In this document: positions 59,668 through 64,000 of the stretch, piece by piece
How positions within the stretch are numbered: the first letter of the stretch is position 1
How the letters are laid out: every line of letters starts with the position of its first letter
From: an uncultured Bacteroidales bacterium
GTDB taxonomy: Bacteria > Bacteroidota > Bacteroidia > Bacteroidales > UBA7960
Direction of reading: 5' to 3'
Length of the DNA stretch: 64,000 nucleotides
Assembly: GCA_964348755.1 (NCBI GenBank)
Contig: CAYGDW010000004.1
Location: forward strand, 18,766-82,765
Notes under the pieces: generated by a model
Databases searched by the model: none
Told to the model about the DNA's origin: nothing
What the model saw: only the letters and a program-made list of their open reading frames with translations
Made by a program: the position numbers and the translations under genes

Positions 59668-60818
59668 GTTTTTACTTTTATTAGTTGCTTTACCTTTTCT
59701 GCTTTGTCAAGTGCGCTTTCAATTGTTTCTGCAAGTATAGTAATATGGCCCATTTTGCGGTACGGCCTGGTAAATTTTTTGCCGTAAAGGTGAATTTTAA
59801 CGCCCTCAAGGGCCAGGCATTCGGTTAAGCCAATGTATTTTACCGGGCCTTCGCATCCTTCAGAACCCAGTAAGTTGACCATAACCGATGGCATTTTTAG
59901 CCTGGTGCTTCCAAGGGGCAGGTTTAATATAGCCCGCAAATGCTGCTCAAACTGCGATGTTATCAGGCTCTCGATGGTGTGATGTCCGCTGTTGTGTGGC
60001 CTAGGTGCCATTTCATTTACCAGCACCTGGCCTTTGGAGTCAATGAAAAACTCAACGGCAAGCAATCCCTCCATTTGAAGCGAATCAATGATGCGGCTTG
60101 CCATTTCTTTTGCCTGCTCTGCCTGGTATGCAGATATGGCAGAAGGACAAACTAATTTATCGACCAAATTTGCATGCGGGTCAAAAACCATTTCAACAAC
60201 CGGATAGCATGCAATTTCTCCAAGTTTGTTGCGGGCAGCAATCACCGATATTTCTTTTACAATGTCAATTTTTTCTTCAATTATTGAAGTGCCCGGAAGC
60301 AATTTGCCAAGGTCGGCTTTATCATTAATAATTGAAACGCCCCGTCCGTCGTATCCGCCTTTTCGCAATTTCTGAACAAACGGGTAACTGATTTCACCTT
60401 GTTTTAAACCATCTTTAATGTCAATGATGGTGTGGTAGCATTTATATGCCGAGGAAGGAATGCTGTTTTCGGCATAAAAGGCTTTCTGCAGCCCTTTGTC
60501 CTGAATCAATTCCAGAATTAAAGGGTCAGGAACAATTCTCAATCCCTCGGCCTTCAGTTTTTTTAATGCTTCAATATTAACGCTTTCAATTTCGAAAGTA
60601 AGTATATCAACCATTTTCCCAAAATGATATACCGAGTCAAAATCGAGGCGGCTGCCTTTTACAAAATGTGTGGCAATACTACTGGCAGGGCAGTTTTGGT
60701 CATCGTCCAAAACATAACTAATTATATCCCACTTACTGGCTTCCTGTATTAGCATTTTGCCAAGCTGCCCGCCGGCAATAATTCCGAGTTTTAAATTGGA
60801 TGTTACAAGTTGTTCCAT
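59664..60818 (-). CDS. purK: 5-(carboxyamino)imidazole ribonucleotide synthase (ATP-grasp)
   Basis: 384 aa. [13 protein letters not shown], an ATP-grasp core and [12 protein letters not shown] are present. The stop overlaps the purE start as ATGA. Confidence 0.9.
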   Translation of the reverse strand: MEQLVTSNLKLGIIAGGQLGKMLIQEASKWDIISYVLDDDQNCPASSIATHFVKGSRLDFDSVYHFGKMVDILTFEIESVNIEALKKLKAEGLRIVPDPLILELIQDKGLQKAFYAENSIPSSAYKCYHTIIDIKDGLKQGEISYPFVQKLRKGGYDGRGVSIINDKADLGKLLPGTSIIEEKIDIVKEISVIAARNKLGEIACYPVVEMVFDPHANLVDKLVCPSAISAYQAEQAKEMASRIIDSLQMEGLLAVEFFIDSKGQVLVNEMAPRPHNSGHHTIESLITSQFEQHLRAILNLPLGSTRLKMPSVMVNLLGSEGCEGPVKYIGLTECLALEGVKIHLYGKKFTRPYRKMGHITILAETIESALDKAEKVKQLIKVKT

Positions 60819-61210
60819 AATCCCCTAAAGGGTAAGATGTTTTAAATTGTCCCAACAGTCAGTTTATTTCTTTTATTTTATTGGGTTTACAGCCCAATGA
60901 AATAAATCTTTGTGAAGCGAGTCAGGTGTGGTTTTTTCGCAAATCGGGGTTAAAGATATTACCGCACAGTCAAATTTCAAAGAAAAATATGAAAGAATCT
61001 GGTTTTCAGTAAATTAAAACCATCGCAATCTGGTTCGTTTTATAATGAATAATTGTTTTGGGAAATAGTTGAAGAGTTTCCTCAATTGGGTCCGAATAAC
61101 CGGGCTTAAAATGGCTTTTTGCAAGGTTTTGAGCTGGCCAGATTGCCCGTTTGGGCTTAAACTGCCTTGCCGCACCAATTTTGCTATGTTTAATAATTTC
61201 TGTTATAGAA

Positions 61211-61415
61211 TCATCATTGTCCGATAAAAATGACGGGATTTATCGCTCCGCTCTAAATGACAGGGCTTTTATTGGTTTTGGCAATTTGGGGGGTAGGTGG
61301 CGGCTTCGCCGCCACCTACCCCCCTTAATAAAAAGCTAACTGACTGTCATTCCGAACGTATTTAGCAATCTCATGCATAAAATTCTACCCTTTTTTACTT
61401 TATCGGACAATAGTG
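61211..61415 (-). mobile_element. MITE-like palindromic repeat element, copy 4 (205 bp, inverted relative to copies 1 and 3)
   Basis: It has a perfect 13-bp TIR (ATTGTCCGATAAA at both ends) and a perfect 17-bp hairpin stem at 61288-61324. The flanking 8-mers TTATAGAA (61203-61210) and CTATAGAG (61416-61423) match at 6 of 8 positions, with an identical TATAGA core. Confidence 0.8.
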
Positions 61416-61527
61416 CTATAGAGTAGTGAAAGAAATAATTCAGGAATTATTTTTCGGAAGGTATTTGGGATTAACTGAAGTTGGCCTTTGCGATGAGACT
61501 GTTTTTTTTAATGGTTATTAGTGCCAA

Positions 61528-62928
61528 TTATTTCCTTTTGCTTAAAATGCTACCGGCAACCATCCCTGTAATGCTTGCACCCAGCCCAAATATTATTGGT
61601 TCAATTTGGGTATTGATTATCAGGAAAATAAGCCATACAGCCGTTCCTGCAATAATTGCTGCCAATGCCCCTTTGGTTGTTGCTTTTTTCCAGAAAAGTC
61701 CGGCTGTAAGCGGAACAAATAGAGAAACCAGCCCAACTGAGGCTGCTTCGCCCACCAACTCGTAAATGTTTCCCCGTCGCAAGGCCATTATCAGGGCAAT
61801 GGCCGAGACCACCAGCACCGAAAAGCGTGATATCCAGAGCAATTGCCTGTCAGTAACTTTTTTAAGGCGGGGTCTGATAATGTTCTCGCCGAAAATGGCC
61901 GATGGCACCAGCAGGGCCGAACTGGCCGTGCTTAAAATGGCCGACAGGAGCGCCCCGAAAAGGAGTATTTGCACCAATGGAGATGAGTACCGTGCAACCA
62001 GATTTGGGATAATCATCTGGCTGTCTTGCCCGGGATTAAGCAAGTCGGGTGCAAGGGTGCGGGCGGCCAGCACCAAAAGTAGCGGTATCATGGCCACCGA
62101 AATGTACATAAAAGCTGATATAAACGAGGCCCTTGCGGCAACCTTTTCTGAACGCGAAGCCATTACCCGCTGAAAAATATCTTGTCCGGCAACAGAGCCC
62201 AGCCCGATAGTGATCCAGGCTGCCACATAATTCAGGCTATGGTGCAGTTGGGGGTCAGGATATAGCCTAAAAAAACCATCAGGCGCATTTGCAAAAACTT
62301 CGCGAAAGCAAACAATACTGAAAATTTCCAGTGTTGCTGCAACCAGACCGGCCAGGATAAAAATCACCTGCATAAAATCAGTTACAGAGACCGACCACAT
62401 TCCCCCGATAAAAGTGTACATTGTAACCAGCAGACAGCCAATCAGTATCCCGTTTGTCAGTCCAACTCCGGTCAGGGTATCGGCAATTATGCCGAAGGCC
62501 ACCATTTGTGCAGCGGTTCAGGCCAGGTAAGTGAGCATTATGCAAATGCCGGCAAGGAGTTCGGTTAGCTGCCCATACCGGTTGCGGTAAAAGTCGCCCA
62601 GTGTAAGAAGCTTCATGCGGTAAAGCGGCTTTGCATAAAACAACCCTACCAGCAGCAGGCACAATGCGGCTCCAAACGGATCTCGAACAACGGCAATAAG
62701 CCCGCCATGGGCAAATTCAGAAGAAGCTCCTAAAATGGTTTCAGACCCAAACCAGGTTGCAAACAGGGTTGCGGTAACAATATATAGCGGCAAGCGACGG
62801 CCGGCAAGCAGGTAGTCTTCGGTATTGTGTACCAGCCGTGCAGCTAAAAGACCTACAATAATGGTTACTACAACATACAAGACCACAAAAAGAACCATGG
62901 TTTGCAAAATAATGGATAAGAAAAACAA
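61528..62928 (-). pseudogene. sodium:solute symporter family gene interrupted by one in-frame TGA (at 62520-62518)
   Basis: Track ORFs 62518..62928 and 61528..62505 are in the same frame. The junction reads ...MLTYLA-TGA-TAAQMVAFGIIAD.... Both halves are hydrophobic SSF-like sequence (YLLAGRRLP near the N-terminus). Confidence 0.75.
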
Positions 62929-63113
62929 AAATAATTAATAGAACGGATGCTTTCAAAAGCTTAAAATGAACAAAACTTTAAAAATTATAACGCACTGCAC
63001 CGCAGTAAATCAATACAGTAACAGCTTGTGTGTCAGAAAACTAATATGCCATTGTGGGCAATAGCTTTTTCAGGCTGACGCACAAGCCGCGATAGGTTAT
63101 AACTTTGCAACCG

Positions 63114-64000
63114 CTATGCCCCCGGCACCGGCGGTATGGCAGGAATATTCACGATGCCGAATTCCAGCCTTTCAGGACCCAGCCGAAGGTTTGAGTTCAT
63201 CATTTCTTCCATGGTAACCTCCTTGCCGGTGTATGCCGAAATGCGTCCCATTATGCCTGCCATGGTTGACATGGCGCATTCGGAGGCCTGATTTAGTGAG
63301 TCGTTATTGCGAATAGCTGCAACCAGATTCACCATTTCCTGGTCGAATGGGCTTTTCATCATTTGATCGGATGGCTTTCCATTTTCGTCGGGAGGGTACT
63401 GGAATGTCCAAATCTGCTCACCTTTGTGGTCGCGAATGGTATTTTGCAGGTTTGAAGTGCCATTGGTGCCTACAATAAGCTCGGCATTATGGTTTGCACA
63501 ATTGTTTATTTGCCGGCACATACTAAGAAGGTGTGTGCCATCGTCATACACAAAATCGGTGGCAAAAAAGTCGAATTGGTCACCGGTTTGCCTCCGGTGT
63601 CTTGCTCCGAATGCCAGTGCTTTTATGGGGTGTTTTCCTTTAAACCAGCTAACTGCATCGTAGTTATGCACGTGTTGTTCTACAATATGGTCGCCCGAGA
63701 GCCAGGTCCAGTTAACCCAGTCGCGCAGCATGGCCTCCATATCGCTCCAGCCTGGCTGTCGGTTTACAAACCAAAGCTGGGGTTGGTTCCAGTAGCAGTT
63801 GGCGGCCACTATATTGCCAATTGCGCCGCTTTTAATGTGCTCGTAAGTGGTAAGGTAGTCGCGCTGGTGTCGGCGTTGTGTGCCTGCCACTACTTTAAGC
63901 CCTGCATTGTCGGCCATTCGTGCGGATGCCATTATTGAACGCGCCCCTACCGGGTCAACGGCCACCGGTTTTTCCATGAATACATGCTTACGGGCCCTAA
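63114..64000 (-). CDS. Gfo/Idh/MocA-family oxidoreductase, 5' end beyond the window
   Basis: The track ORF starts at an internal Met (MEKPVAVD). The frame stays open to base 64000 (..RARKHVFMEKP, the EKP motif that ends the Rossmann domain). The C-terminal alpha/beta domain lies within the window. Confidence 0.7.
   Translation of the reverse strand, partial: RARKHVFMEKPVAVDPVGARSIMASARMADNAGLKVVAGTQRRHQRDYLTTYEHIKSGAIGNIVAANCYWNQPQLWFVNRQPGWSDMEAMLRDWVNWTWLSGDHIVEQHVHNYDAVSWFKGKHPIKALAFGARHRRQTGDQFDFFATDFVYDDGTHLLSMCRQINNCANHNAELIVGTNGTSNLQNTIRDHKGEQIWTFQYPPDENGKPSDQMMKSPFDQEMVNLVAAIRNNDSLNQASECAMSTMAGIMGRISAYTGKEVTMEEMMNSNLRLGPERLEFGIVNIPAIPPVPGA

Noticed and set aside
60819-61210. Purine-responsive or ZTP-type riboswitch in the long leader upstream of purK
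   Set aside because: I read the minus strand of this region and found only a 6-bp hairpin (ATTGGG...CCCAAT, 60890-60908). I saw none of the conserved purine or ZTP (pfl) motif cores that I remember. An Infernal/Rfam scan would be needed to exclude one formally.
61017-61212. About 65 stop-free codons on the minus strand that abut copy 4 of the repeat (..ITEIIKHSKIGAARQFKPKRAIWPAQNLAKSHFKPGYSDPIEETLQLFPKTIIHYKTNQIAMVLIY-stop); possibly a gene remnant truncated by the insertion
   Set aside because: There is no start codon before the frame runs into a TAA inside the repeat, and I recognise no motif. The length is within what chance allows in AT-rich DNA. I cannot support it without a homology search (tblastn or HHpred would decide).
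12211-61415. Possibility that the four repeats represent a CRISPR array or another regularly spaced array
   Set aside because: The copies are 12-25 kb apart, lie in both orientations, are about 205 bp long, and are separated by ordinary genes. No short, regularly spaced direct repeats or cas genes are present.
62518-62520. TGA reassignment (to Trp or Gly) as the explanation for the in-frame TGA in the symporter gene
   Set aside because: TGA terminates several genes in this window at their expected C-termini. These include recQ at 21957-21959, the cysteine desulfurase gene at 41419-41421, and the ATGA-overlapped stops at 4166, 6485 and 59664. The standard code therefore applies.
1-64000. Search for a defence island, prophage, integrative element, toxin-antitoxin pair, retron, DGR or secretion-effector cluster
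   Set aside because: No integrase, transposase, reverse transcriptase, nuclease-helicase cassette, phage structural gene or toxin-like small-ORF pair could be recognised. Gene content is housekeeping, and composition appears uniform by eye.

Overview
This window reads as a core chromosomal segment of a Bacteroidota-type genome. The lineage call rests on gliding and type IX secretion genes (gldJ, porP/sprF-family, porU, porV, a PorV/PorQ-like barrel) plus the Bacteroidota-typical pairs murF-gldJ and ftsK-lolA-like. I support about 48 protein genes, nearly all housekeeping, and one tRNA(CAU). They cover purine and pyrimidine synthesis, recQ, mutS2, ftsK, lptB, ispF, tsaC and various transporters. 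Product calls come from motifs I recognise in the supplied translations, because no database search was possible. I see no rRNA, CRISPR array, prophage, integrase, transposase or recognisable defence island. The most unusual content is non-coding. A roughly 205-bp, largely self-complementary element occurs four times (12211-12416, 24965-25168, 49765-49971, 61211-61415). It has imperfect terminal inverted repeats and a central GC-rich hairpin. Three copies sit between 8-bp direct duplications at identical offsets from the termini (TTTTTTTG, TTTAATAA, and a 6/8 match around TATAGA), which is the signature of a non-autonomous MITE-like transposon. The hairpin keeps its base pairing across copies through compensatory changes. 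Secondary observations:
- A sodium:solute symporter gene is interrupted by a single in-frame TGA.
- A tightly overlapping four-gene operon encodes a symporter, a CoA-transferase and a 2-oxoacid:ferredoxin oxidoreductase.
- Two outer-membrane proteins have unusual domain architectures: a ComEA-like HhH domain fused to a large barrel, and a zincin HExxH region plus beta-propeller plus Omp85-like barrel.
- A CysK-like enzyme carries a Cys-rich C-terminal tail.
- A zinc-ribbon protein of unknown function lies inside a purK-purE-...-tsaC gene string.

I did not find a convincing novel multi-gene system beyond these.
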